Source: Takakia lepidozioides
Taxonomy: Eukaryota; Plantae; Bryophyta
NCBI GenBank assembly: GCA_030704615.1
Contig: CM060733.1
Coordinates: 1,364,001-1,428,000 of the forward strand
Direction: 5' to 3'
Length of the DNA: 64,000 nucleotides
The number at the start of each line of letters is the position of its first letter. Position 1 is the stretch's first letter. Of this stretch, positions 52,012 to 64,000 are shown in pieces. The notes under the pieces were generated by a model. That model saw nothing but the letters and a program-made list of their open reading frames with translations. It ran no database searches and was not told the DNA's origin. A program made the translations under genes and the position numbers.

Positions 52012-52135
52012 AGTTTGTTTGTTTTTTGTTTTTTTTCTCTTTTGTTTTTAAAGGAAACCTGGGAGCGACCGGACTGCTCACAATTCAGGCCCAAGCCTGT
52101 TGAGGAGGGGGAAAAATTAACCCCCTTTCAGATAA
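52012..52135 (-). mobile_element. 3' fragment of SINE family A with A-rich tail
   Basis: GACTGCTCACAA.TCAGGCCC shared with 28223-28243; the T-rich run 52012-52049 corresponds to the tail. Confidence 0.6.
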
Positions 52136-52374
52136 GCCATTAGGCACACAGGTGGGAAAGTTTTGTTTACTTTACACTTTGGGTTAATGTGAGCAGATAA
52201 AATGTTGTGTTTGTGAAAACCCTAAACTTGGCTCACAGAATACTTTGGCTCACCAACAACCAACACGCATTCTGGGATGTTTGCCTGCAGGAAGGTGGGC
52301 ACCAGTGTTTAAAGCAGAGCTCAGGCATTGATGTGGGCGGAGCGCTTCCCCGTTGATTCTTACGCGCAGCGACG

Positions 52375-55300
52375 ATGGCAAGTGCAGAGCAGTTAGTGCT
52401 GGAGTTAATTGTGCCAGAACAGCGTGAAAATGCTCTTCTTGACCTCTCCAAGGTTTGCCTTTTTCCCTCTCTATGGTTCGTAGTGGCTGTGGAACTTTGG
52501 GAGTTTTGACGAGTTTTTCTGCCTGCCCCTGGGGTGGTGGTCCTTGCATTGTGACCTGACAAGATGATGAATGTGGTAGAAAAGGGAGGCATTTCCAGAC
52601 TTGGCTCCAATTTTGTGGCATTCTTGTGGCACCATAGCATCGCTTCTACAGGTAAATCTGCTTCGTCGTTTTCTAGTCCTCTTTGTTCATTTTGCTGGAT
52701 GTTTGCAAGCTAATTAGCTGTTTTGAAGTTTGATAATCCAATGGCCAAAAGTTGGAGGCGTCTTCGCCAATGCAGAATGTACTAGTCTGTGGGCGCTGAA
52801 TAAAATTTGAGTAAGTCGGGTGTGTGGGGGCGGTTGTGCAGGAAATTGTCTCTATTTATCCCATGCTGTCCCCACCAACTCTCACTGCAGGGGCTTCAAA
52901 CCGTGTTTGCAATGCCTTGGCTCTTCTTCAGGTAAGGCAGTGTTACTCTGTTGGCTTTTTCTTCCTCTCCAGAAAGGAACTATTAGGTTAAACTGGTTTT
53001 TACCTCTTGCTTTCTATCGATCTAGGAGCTACCGAGAACCAAGTCACATCAATAACTCAGAGGTGTTTAGACAGTTGATTTGTACATTGCAGTACAAACC
53101 AGACTTAAAAGCTGCTTTTGTCTTGATTCATGATGGGGGGCTGTACTTCTTTCTTCCCTAGTTGATGAGTGCCTTCTGGTGGTGGACATTTCACACAGTT
53201 GAGGTTTTGTTGTGTTTGGGTTGTGCAGTGCGTGGCTTCACATTCTGAGACCCGGGCTCTCTTCCTCAATGGTATGTTGCTCCTCCACTGCCTTGCAATT
53301 TTTGGCTAGCTATGGTTTTGCCTAGAGAGTTGTAGGCAGGCCCTGATGACCCCTGTTCCAAATGAGAGGAATGGGCATGGCTTCTGAAGATGTAGGGAGG
53401 CTGGTTATGTGAACTACATATGGCAGATCCTAATGAGTCCATCCATTCACTCTTCCGTTTTGATAGATTTCTCAACACAATAATGGGATCTCCAAATTCC
53501 TGAGTGGTGTTACGAGGACTTACCTACACTCAATGAAAAGGGAGAGAGAGGCAAAATGTACTCATAAGACGTTAATTGCCATAGCCATAGACTCCACACC
53601 CAGTTTTGGCGGAACAAGAGGGAACAGACACTACCTTTGGTGCTCACTCCAGTTGTGGGACTTACCTTGATATAAACAGGTAGTATGGGCTTTCCAGATT
53701 TCCTCTTGAAGGCCCTTCACACAAGCATCAATCTGCTGTATGTGAGCTGCCCAGCAATTACACCCCAACAGGGCCAGGGCTTTAGAGGCTGGCCATTAAC
53801 CATAACACAGCTTTTGGTCTTCGCATACAGGTTGTGAACCATCCTCCACATCTTTCCCCTGACCCCAGAAGACAGTGGAAGCCACAGCCCGTCACACCAT
53901 ACTGTGTCATAAGCCTTTTTAACATCCAGGAAGAAGACAGGAGGTTTCCCTTCTCTTTCCTTCCCAGGATAGTCTGGCTTAGGGTGAAGACATGGTCTTC
54001 AGAGCCCCTATTTCTCTAGAAGCCTGCCTGACCTTCATTAAAAACTAGACTCCAAATCAACCTCAAGACAGGCGCTTAATATCCTACAAAACAGCTTGCC
54101 AACCGCTCTAAGAAGCATAATGCCACTGTAGTTCACAGGCTCGTCTCTGTTGCCTTTCTGATGCAGATTGACAATGACACTCTCTCTCTCCAACGAAAGG
54201 TCTTCCAAATAAAGTCAAAGAGGAGGGCAAGGGCCTGTACCATTGGATTGGCCACCATGCTTAATTAGCTCAGTGATGCCATCACAGCCACCGGCTTTAT
54301 AGCCCTTTAGATGTTCTATTGCTTCAGCAATCTCATAAGAACTTGTTATTCCGTAAATTGTGCACTTGCTGGCCATTTTCCAGCTTGCACAAACGCTGTA
54401 AAGCCAACCAGGATCTTTTATCATTATCATTACCACTGTGGTGGTTCAAGTTAATGTCACGTTACAACCTTTCCCAATTTTCAAGCAGGGAATCTGGATC
54501 TAAATGCTCCTCGAAGAACTCAGGTGTCCATGGTCTTGCACCATGCACACATTCTGTTGAGCCTTTACTAGCTGATTTTTATCTAGGCCACAAACTCTCC
54601 GTCATCTTTGATACTACATCAGTCCCTATAAAGCACTCGCGTCTTGGTGATCTTAAGCTTGATCTCATTGGCCCACCTCTTCCGTATACTATTAGTTTCC
54701 TTCCAATGATCTTATCAGCCACAGAAGTGACGAAACTCTCCCAAGAGCAGCCTGGTTGCAGGGAGAGAGAATGTACTGATAAGACTTTGTTTGCCGTAAC
54801 CTTGTAGCCATAGACCTCGCACCCAGTTTGGACGGAGACATAGGGAATAGACACTACCTTTGTGAGGGGTGCACTCCAGTAGTGGGATTTCCATCGGGCT
54901 TTTCTGATATCCTCTAGAAAGCCCTTCACACAAGCATCAATCAACTGTATGTGAGCTGCTGAGGCCCTGTTGACCTGAAGAGGGTCACCCTCTGGTGAGA
55001 ATACAAACATCTTTAGGCTGCCCGCACATTGGGCAATGACAATCTTCCTGTCCTCTCTGCACCTGTTTATTGTTCAAAGGTAGACTCCCTGCCCCTGAGT
55101 TACAATTTCAGTCTAGTGCCGAGGGTAGGTAGGCCTTTCAGAGAGAGTGTACTCATAAGACGTTACTTGCCGTAGCCTTTTGGCCTTTGACCCCGTGTCC
55201 AGTTTGAGCGGAACACAAAGGGACAGAAACTACCTTCGTCAGGGGCTGACGCCGGTAGTATGAGTTACCTTGGAACATGCAATTGATCCAGTTTTCCAGA

Positions 55301-55484
55301 TATCCTCTAGAAATCCCTTCACACAACCATCAATCTGCTGTGTGTGATATGCCCAATAACTAGACCCCAAAAGGGCCTGGGCACCTTTGAGAGAGAGAGA
55401 GAATGTACTCATAAGACGTTTGCCGTAGCCTTGTGGCCATTGACCCCACGCCCAGTTTGAGCGGGAACAAAAGGGACGCCGGTA

Positions 55485-55522
<38 letters not shown>

Positions 55523-58471
55523 TAATGCTGATCTGGAGGAGGGGGGCACAGCACATATTCCATTGTATCTGTATCCGTTTTTGAACACTATAAGCAAGAC
55601 GCGACCTTTTGAGTACCTACGACTCACCAGTCTTGGTGTCATTGGCGCCCTTGTTAAGGTGATCTTGGCTGCTCTGTCATTGTCGCAACAGTTGTTTCGT
55701 TGAGTTATTGTAGACTATAGTATCCTTCTATTCTGCTGATTTTCCTGTAGGTCTAAGAAAAAGCTTCCATGTGAAAGCTTCTAACCAGCATGATGGCATC
55801 CCATGTGAAGTTTCTTGCTGATTCTGTCATCCTGCTGAACAAGTTTTCTTGCTTCCACCCTTATATACCTTTATCTTCTTATCTCGAAGCCTTGTTATGC
55901 GTAGACGATGGCTAAAAGCACAAAAGTGCAAATTGTAGATAGACAACTGCTTTGCGACATGTCTATGAGCTGAATGGGGTGGTGAATGTGCATGTAGGTG
56001 GATGATACGGAGGTGATAAATTTTCTACTGTCCACAGAAATTATCCCGCTTTGTTTGCGAACTATGGAAATGGGGAGCGAACTTTCTAAAACAGTGAGTT
56101 TCTTAGCCTTCATTCTCCATATAGCATCCTCTTGAAAGCTCACAATTTTGCAGCTGGAACTGTTACTACTTTAACAAGTGAAAACATAAAAGGGTCAGTG
56201 GGTCCTGAGACTCTCGTCACACTGCCAGAGGTTTGTTGCTGCTAAGTCTCTGAAGGTCCATGGATTATACCAGTTATCAAGTACCCACGAATGCATGCTG
56301 GATCAATTTAAGCCTGGCTGGAGAAACATATTTTCTTGAGGGAATAAAGCACTAACTGAGGGATGGCGGCTTCGAGTCCGTTTATATATGTTGACCAATG
56401 AAGTTAGGCAGAAAACTTCCCTGAACTTGTTTCCAGTCTGTGACATGGGGGAGGACATCTTGGATGACCTCAAGGGTCTACCCACTCTCGGCACTAGACT
56501 GAAATTTAAACTCAGGGCCTACCTTTGAACAGCAAACAGAAGCAGAGAGGAAAGGGAGAGTGCAATTGCCCGTTGTGTGGGCAATCTGAAGACAGTATTC
56601 ATTTTCTGATACACTGTCCGGGGTTCTCTCACCAAAGAGACCCTCTCTTCAAATCTATTAAGGGAATTGTGCCTGTACCCCTGTTTACCAACTTTGAAAG
56701 TCTCGAGGCTGAGCCAAAAGCCCAGGCCCTCCTGAGGCCTAGTTTTTGGGCAAATCACACACAGCAGATTGATGCTTGTGTGAAGGGATTTCTAGAGGAT
56801 ATTCTTTATATGGAGGTAAGTCTTACTACCAACGTCAGCCCCTGACAGAGGTAGGTTCTGTCCCTTTTGTTCCCGCTCAAACTGGGCGCGGGGTCAATGG
56901 CCACAAGGCTACGGCAAACAACGTCTTATGAGTACAAATATATATGTTGACCTATTGCAGAGACTTTGTTGCTTGCATTCTTGCATTTTGGCAGCCTTCT
57001 CCAGTTGATTTCTGATTATTAGCTAGTAGAAGCACAGGACATCTGTTGGGAAGAGGGAAGCTCTTGGTCACACTGGATTGGCTGGTATCTTGAGTGGCAG
57101 TTAGTAGTCAAGTAATGCATTGAGTGGTGGGATTGTGGCAGGTGGCAACGTTTATAGTGCAGAAAATACTGCTGGATGATGTGGGGCTGGCCTACATCTG
57201 TGCCACAGCGGAACGGTTCTTTGCCGTGGGGTTAGTGCTTGCAACCATGGTGCAAATGTTGGCTGATCAGCCTTCTGTGCGCCTCCTGAAGCATATCATC
57301 CGCTGCTACCTTCGCCTTTCTGACAATCCTCGGTCAGCTCTCTCACCTTGGAGAGCTCTCTTTTTCTTCAAACTCATCGTAGTCCATGGCCAAAGGCTAC
57401 TGTGAGGACAATGCTGCAAGTACAGTTCTGTCTCCTGCATACACAAAACACAAGTTATAACCTGACATGTGGGATGGTGGGATTCCATGCATCTAAATGC
57501 AGGAATTTGTTTTATCCAGCTCTTCAAGATACTTTACTTCATGGTGGGGGAGGCGCCATGACATGAACAAAGAATAGCTGATAAGACAAATTGCTGCGTG
57601 AACTGTACTTTCTATAATCGCTAGCTCTTTAGATTGTGAAGGTATGTGAGGATTTCAGGGAAGCAAACTTTTGGCTGAGGTTGGATGGATTATAGGAAGT
57701 GGAATACTGTCAGAGAACCTCAAGGATCAGTTTGGTGTGCAGGGCATGTGAAGCCTTGAAGAATTGCCTCCCTGATCTTCTTCAAAATGGCACCTTCAAT
57801 ACCTGTCTTCGGGTAGGTGATATTTTTTTCTGGCACTGGCTTTCTTCTGGTAATGGCCATAGTGAGGACGAACACATCAACCCAATATAAGATTTCTTTC
57901 CTGATAAATAGTGGAAGACCTGCATATCCTCATCAACTGTAGGGGATGGAACATTATGGATCACCTGGCCCTGCAGGATTGCAGGGGCCCAGCATCTCAG
58001 GTGACCCACTATCCTGGCTTTAATTCCGGGCATCTGAGATGTGTCTGATGCAGCATGTCAACATGTCCAAGTGGCAGCTGCACCATTTAGGATGAGTCAT
58101 GACAATGACACTACCTGTGCTCAGCCCCTTCAATGTGTACCGGATTCTCTGACATATTGCATAATGTGAAGAGGTCAGGGGTATGAGCCCCAAGTATGGT
58201 GGTTGAGATTATGAGGTCGATTGATGCATATAGGAAAGCAGGAATGTGACCAATGGTGACACCAGAATATCTCCTCCCCCTCTCCCCCACATAGACACAC
58301 AACTTTGAAACCTTGGGGTGGGTGCAGGAGGATCCCACGACACGGAGATGGTTAAATCAACTGATGTTAAATGTTCAGGGGCAGCAGCAGATGCATCCAT
58401 CGCAGCGCGTGCCCACAGGCATCCAGGGTGGCCCCCTTTCCTCCATGGACCAGCTTCTGTCTGGCCAGTAG
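52375..58471 (+). CDS. NOT9: CCR4-NOT subunit 9 (Rcd1/CAF40 family)
   Basis: Exons 52375-52452, 52580-52651, 52842-52931, 53229-53271, 55552-55658, 55998-56093, 57142-57332, 57743-57812, 58328-58471. Motifs [75 protein letters not shown]. An extra upstream exon is possible. Confidence 0.95.
53540..55520 (-). mobile_element. Cluster of LINE fragments (RTE/RTEX-like) in NOT9 intron 4
   Basis: 3'-end copies at ~53540-53790, 54762-54965, 55141-55380 and 55389-55487, ending ATGAGTACA-like + (TC)n. An RT N-terminal piece (E...[21 protein letters not shown]) lies at ~54060-54360. Confidence 0.75.
56290..56937 (+). mobile_element. LINE 3' end with CCHC zinc knuckle (same family) in NOT9 intron 6
   Basis: [31 protein letters not shown], and a 3' end ..GGCTACGGCAAAC..GTCTTATGAGTACA. 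Confidence 0.8.
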
Positions 58472-59382
58472 ACTACTTCTGTGTACATTGCATATTTGTT
58501 GTATGGCACTTGGAAGTGTTGTAGGATTAGTTGGAGTTTCTGGTGCTATCTGGTGACATGGATCAACTGTACATTAATCATCACAGGACAAATTATGTTG
58601 GTCTGAAAAGTATCTTACTACATTTTTAAAACAAATTTTTGCCAAGGATGCCCGGCCTCCTGCTTCTGCAGTGAATTGTGAAAATAAGAAATGCCAGGGT
58701 ATTTTTTGGTGGTGGTCAATTATTGATTCTCTCCTGTCTGCTTTAAAGTACTACTACAGCTTCCACAGTGATGGAAGAGCCTTGCTCATGTTTGTGTCTG
58801 GACATTCAATTCTTCGACTTGGTTGTGTTTTCAGTCATCTACATGAGTGAATCTCTTGGTCTCTTTCAAACCATATCTGCTCAACGCGCGCGAACAATTC
58901 AGTAAAGTACTATGACCAAGCTTTCCCTACGAATCCAAGTACAAGTTCATTGTTGCACCTGGCGAACCACATTATTTCCTCATAGTCATGCAACTACCAG
59001 AGGGAGCTGCATGATGAGACACAGGCAACTAACAGAAGAGGGAAGTCCATTAGCAAGGGTAGTGTGATCTCTACCCCGGCCTGCCTGCACCACAGCGGAT
59101 CTCTGCCACTGGCCCTGGCAGGGTCAGCATTTCTGCTTGCCAAGGCTGGGATTGAGGAGTTCTGGTTAATGAAGTTCGACCTAGGGTATCTACCTGTCCA
59201 CTTGCAACAAGTCCGCAGGTGCAACAGAACCTGTATTGTTAAATTGTGTGTTAGTTAAAAAGTAATTGTAGCCAAGCAGGCATCTTCAATAGGGGAAGCT
59301 TAGTGATGTCGAGCTCTTAAGTCACCAACAAAATTGCACTCCAGTAATTGTCCGAACAAAAAAGGGGTGAAATTTTCATTTC

Positions 59383-61519
59383 TCACTGTGGCACGCCTAA
59401 CCACTTCGTGAAGTTCTCAAACTCTGTGTACTCACTGTCAGAGACCATAGTTTTGTACCAAGAAGCACCAGCCTTCTTCACAGCCTCCTTCTCTTCAGGC
59501 TGCACATTGCCACCACAGATTAATTTGTAAGTAACATGTTGAAACTCTAACATAAGCCACTTACAGAAAACAAACATGTACTGAATTTTGGACATTTTAC
59601 ACTACAACCCAATTTTTGACATACAAAGAGTCTAGGAATACACAGAAGCATCTAGGTGTAAGGTGTAAGACATGTACCTTAGGGGTTTTCCTCTTGCTCT
59701 CAAGCTTCTCCGCCTTGGCATTGGCACGCTGCTCCTGGGCCAAAAGTTCCATCCTCCTGGCTGTCTTGGCATATGGGTTCAGCTTCAGAAGAGCACCCAG
59801 GTTCTTCAATGGATTCTTCTTCAGGGCGCGTCTCTTTATGTCCTTCTTGGCGGGGCGGACGACACTCTGGATCTCATCAGAGTTGATGATTCTAGCCAAA
59901 TCTGGGTTGCCCATGATGGGTCGGGGTAGGATGTAATCTTTCTTCACAAGTGACTTCTTCTGTAGAGAACCAAAGATTGCATCCAGCTTCTCAAAGGCAG
60001 ACTTGGTCCACACAATAAATCGGCCAAGGTGACCACCTGCAGCCAAATGCACCAATCTCGTGTGTCAATCCATATGTTGCTCCAGGGCCAGCAAAAGAAG
60101 CATGGCGTTCTTTCAGCACTCTGCTGTTAATAAATGTGGATTTTACAAGATCCATTTTTAATCCATCCACTTTCGTGTGCTTTATAATGTTGTGCATGAA
60201 GGTTTCAAAGCTGCGACGTCCGCTGGCAAACTACCAGACATCATGTGTGTTCTGGTCAAGATGTATCTTACACAACTTCAAAGTATACTACACTCTGCCT
60301 GTCTTGCTGTATCTAGTCCCTCAAAAAACTGGGAAGAATATGTGAATCAACTTTGGGCCCGTCCCATTGTTATCTCACTTATGTTTCACTAAAATTTACC
60401 AGAAAGACTTGGAAAACTGCTGTGTTGAAGGCTTTCTCGTGAGACACTTTTGGCAAGTTACCCAATCATGCATATGTGCTGCTTTTGGGTCAGATTGACC
60501 TGCCCTGGTTTGATACAAGTAGATCGTACTGTTAATAAAATATTAAAGTCAACAGCTTTGCAGAGGTAGCGCTTGCTGATTGCCCCTATAAATCCCGGGA
60601 ACTTCAGAAACATGATCAATCCCTAGAGATTTCCCTTTTCTTCGAGTACCAAAAACATCCTCCTTCAACTTGAAGAAGAAAGATATTCTCCAGGATGAGC
60701 CCTATCTTCGCTAGGTTTCCCAGAATCATGGCATGCACACCACCGCAAGGAAAATATAAAAGTAGCCTCTTCCCAGTAGAACTAACCTGGAGCAAGCTGA
60801 AGCAGATTCAAGCGGTCCACAGACACAATCTCCACGCCAGGGATGTTTCTGAAGGCCTTCACCAGTTTCGCACCCTCAGCACCATACACGATCAGAGGGC
60901 CTCTGCGAGAGACGTACCTTCTGTTCCTCATCTTCCCCTTTCCGGCCCGGATGTTGTGGCTCGCCTTCACTTTCTCAACATCCTCATAAGCACCGAACTT
61001 CTTCAGCAGCTTCACAGCAGAGGATGTCTTCTCAATGCCCTCAACGGTATCGCTCAAAACCAAGGGAACCTCCGGAACCTTCTCAATGCGGTGACCCCTG
61101 GCAAGAAGCAGTGAAGGGATTGCTGACGCCGCCAAGGCAGACGCAATAGCATACCTCTTCTGATTCAGGTTCACCTTGCGGTGCCATCGCCGCCAGATCT
61201 TAGTTGGAGCAAACATGCGACCGCCGCGACACATATTGCCAAAAGCTCCCTGGCCAGCACGATGGGTACCACCTCCAGGAACCCTCGGAATACGAGACAC
61301 AGCTCTTCCCGTCCCCCATGACTCGGCCGACGTCTGGTGCCCAGCCTTCTTGCTCACAGCATAAGGCTGCCTCTTGTTCTTTGCAAGAGATGTGTGCACG
61401 GATTGTACTACATCCTGTCGAATTGGTGAGAGAAACACAGCTGGAAGGGTGGCTGAGGCAGCCGCACCCTCTCCCTCCAAGGCCTGAACCGTGACCAGAG
61501 GACGCGCTGCTGCCGCCAT
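59383..61519 (-). CDS. RPL4: 60S ribosomal protein L4 (uL4)
   Basis: Exons 61519-60787, 60036-59678 and 59499-59383. Motifs [49 protein letters not shown]. 5'UTR intron at ~61541-61590. Confidence 0.97.
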
Positions 61520-62242
61520 CGCTGCAAGCTCTGCACCAGCCTGCGACACCAAAGAAATTACAAGACACACCCCGAGAGACTTAGGGCTTACCGATCGACG
61601 CAATCTGAACGAAAGGTGAGTGTATCGTCTATCTCGGAACGATACGTTCTCAGTTACAGGGTTTAGGGCCTTCCTCCTCCGTGTTTCTTCTTTGCTTCCT
61701 TGTCTGGCTTCCAGTTCCAGTTGGGAGTTGCAGTTGCTTAGTGAAGCATGCGTCTGCTCATAACTTATATCTTGAGGAAGACATGGTTGTGAATTGCAGT
61801 TCCAAGAAGTGTTGGCCTAATGTTCGTGCATGTGTTAGAAAGAGGGAAAATATGGCATTGTTGACAAGCAAGGGCTGCATGTGTTTAGCAATGATATGGT
61901 AGTGCCTTGGACCCAGACGTATTTCTAAGAAACTGTTAAGCAGCTGAACCTCAAGATTGAGGAAAAATACCGTATGTAACTAAGTACTCATTGTCTGCAT
62001 GACTAAATTAGATGCAGTTCCTATCCAAAGGTGGAACCATTTGGTTTGATATGACTTCATCACACTCTTTCCAGACAACCACGTCTGAACGTCTGAACAC
62101 AAACAATGAACCGTATGAAAACAGCATTCACTAACACTTTGTATCATACACAACAAGAGTACCTAAACCACACGTGCTCTGGTTCCTTACCTTGATTATG
62201 CTTTGGTTCATGTAATGTAACACCCTGAGGCCAGACCTCCAA

Positions 62243-62610
62243 AGCATACAATTTTCAGGCCAAGTTGAATAAAGGCAAGCTTGCTGCAATTGACCCCAAT
62301 AATTCAGAGTAGTTTGACTCCCAAAACCATCCAGGGGTTTAAAGAATTCAGCATACAATTTTCAGGCCAAGTTGAACAAAGGCAAGTTCTGCAATTGACC
62401 CCAATAATTCCTAGTAGTTTCACTCCCAAAACCATTCAGGGGTTAGAAAAATCAGCATACAATTTTAAGGCCAAGTTGAACAAAGGCAATCTTGCTGCAG
62501 TTGACCTCAATAATTCGTAGTAGTTTCACTCCCAAAACCATCCAGGGGTTAGAAAAATCAGCATACAATTTTCAGGCCAAGTTGAATAAAGGCAAGCTTG
62601 CTGCAATTGA
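62243..62610. repeat. ~105-bp tandem repeat, 3.5 copies
   Basis: AGCATACAATTTT(C/A)AGGCCAAGTTGAA at 62243, 62350, 62454 and 62560. Confidence 0.92.
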
Positions 62611-62906
62611 ATTCAAGCTTGCTTGTATTCATATTCTGGCACACCCTAAGCTGCAACAACCACCAGAAATATCCAAGTATCTGGTCAGGAAAACTTTTGC
62701 GTCTCTAGTTGACAGTAGTACTACCAACTTTAGACCCAGCTTGTGATGCTCTTACAATAATAAGCAGTAATCGAAGTTTTGCAAAACTTGGAATATCCCT
62801 CCTACATCTAGACCCATTCACAGGAGTTGTAATGTCTCATCACATGAGACTTTCTGCTTAGAACTTGGATTATCATTATACAAGGAGAGAAGAGAACTGC
62901 TTGCTA

Positions 62907-63684
<778 letters not shown>

Positions 63685-64000
63685 TCAGCCCGGGTACATG
63701 GAAACTCAGAAAGAAAAGAGTGGTGATCCTGGTATGCCAAAAGGGCAGTTTTAAAGTACAGAGAGCACTCTGGTAACGAATAGACCTACAAACTTATCAA
63801 GCAGTGCAAAACTAAATGCAGCCGCAGGAACTAAAATCTGTAAATGCCTATGACCCAGTTTGGCCAGCCAGATGTATGTTCTGAGTACTTGGCAGCATTA
63901 AAAGCCCCATGCAACGTCTGCCCACATGCAACATCATGCCCAATTGAAAATTGTAGGCCTTGTTGAGCATGAGATCAACCAGCACTGTTGAGCGTAGATT

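Overview
Eukaryotic, intron-rich, TE-dense land-plant genomic DNA. A non-seed plant (bryophyte/lycophyte-like) is my inference from gene structure and TE content. Intact-looking spliced genes: LONELY GUY (LOG, +), NOT9/Rcd1 (+) and ribosomal protein L4 (-). An EDM2-like PHD-finger gene (+) appears to lack its C-terminal part. Broken genes: a UGT split by a copia element, an EDS5/DTX46-like MATE fragment, and an IspF copy whose last-exon start is micro-inverted. Mobile DNA: two Ty3/gypsy elements, one copia, CRE-type and RTE-like LINE fragments, a tRNA-derived SINE family, a hAT MITE, and a decayed integrase plus HECT-like gene pair. The most unusual structure is a 3.6-kb insert nested inside a gypsy element, itself inside a CRE LINE. 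It carries a SWIM zinc-finger ORF followed directly by seven nearly invariant 29-bp palindromes (about 50-nt hairpins) separated by much more diverged linkers (40952-41656). All calls were made by eye from motifs; no searches were run.
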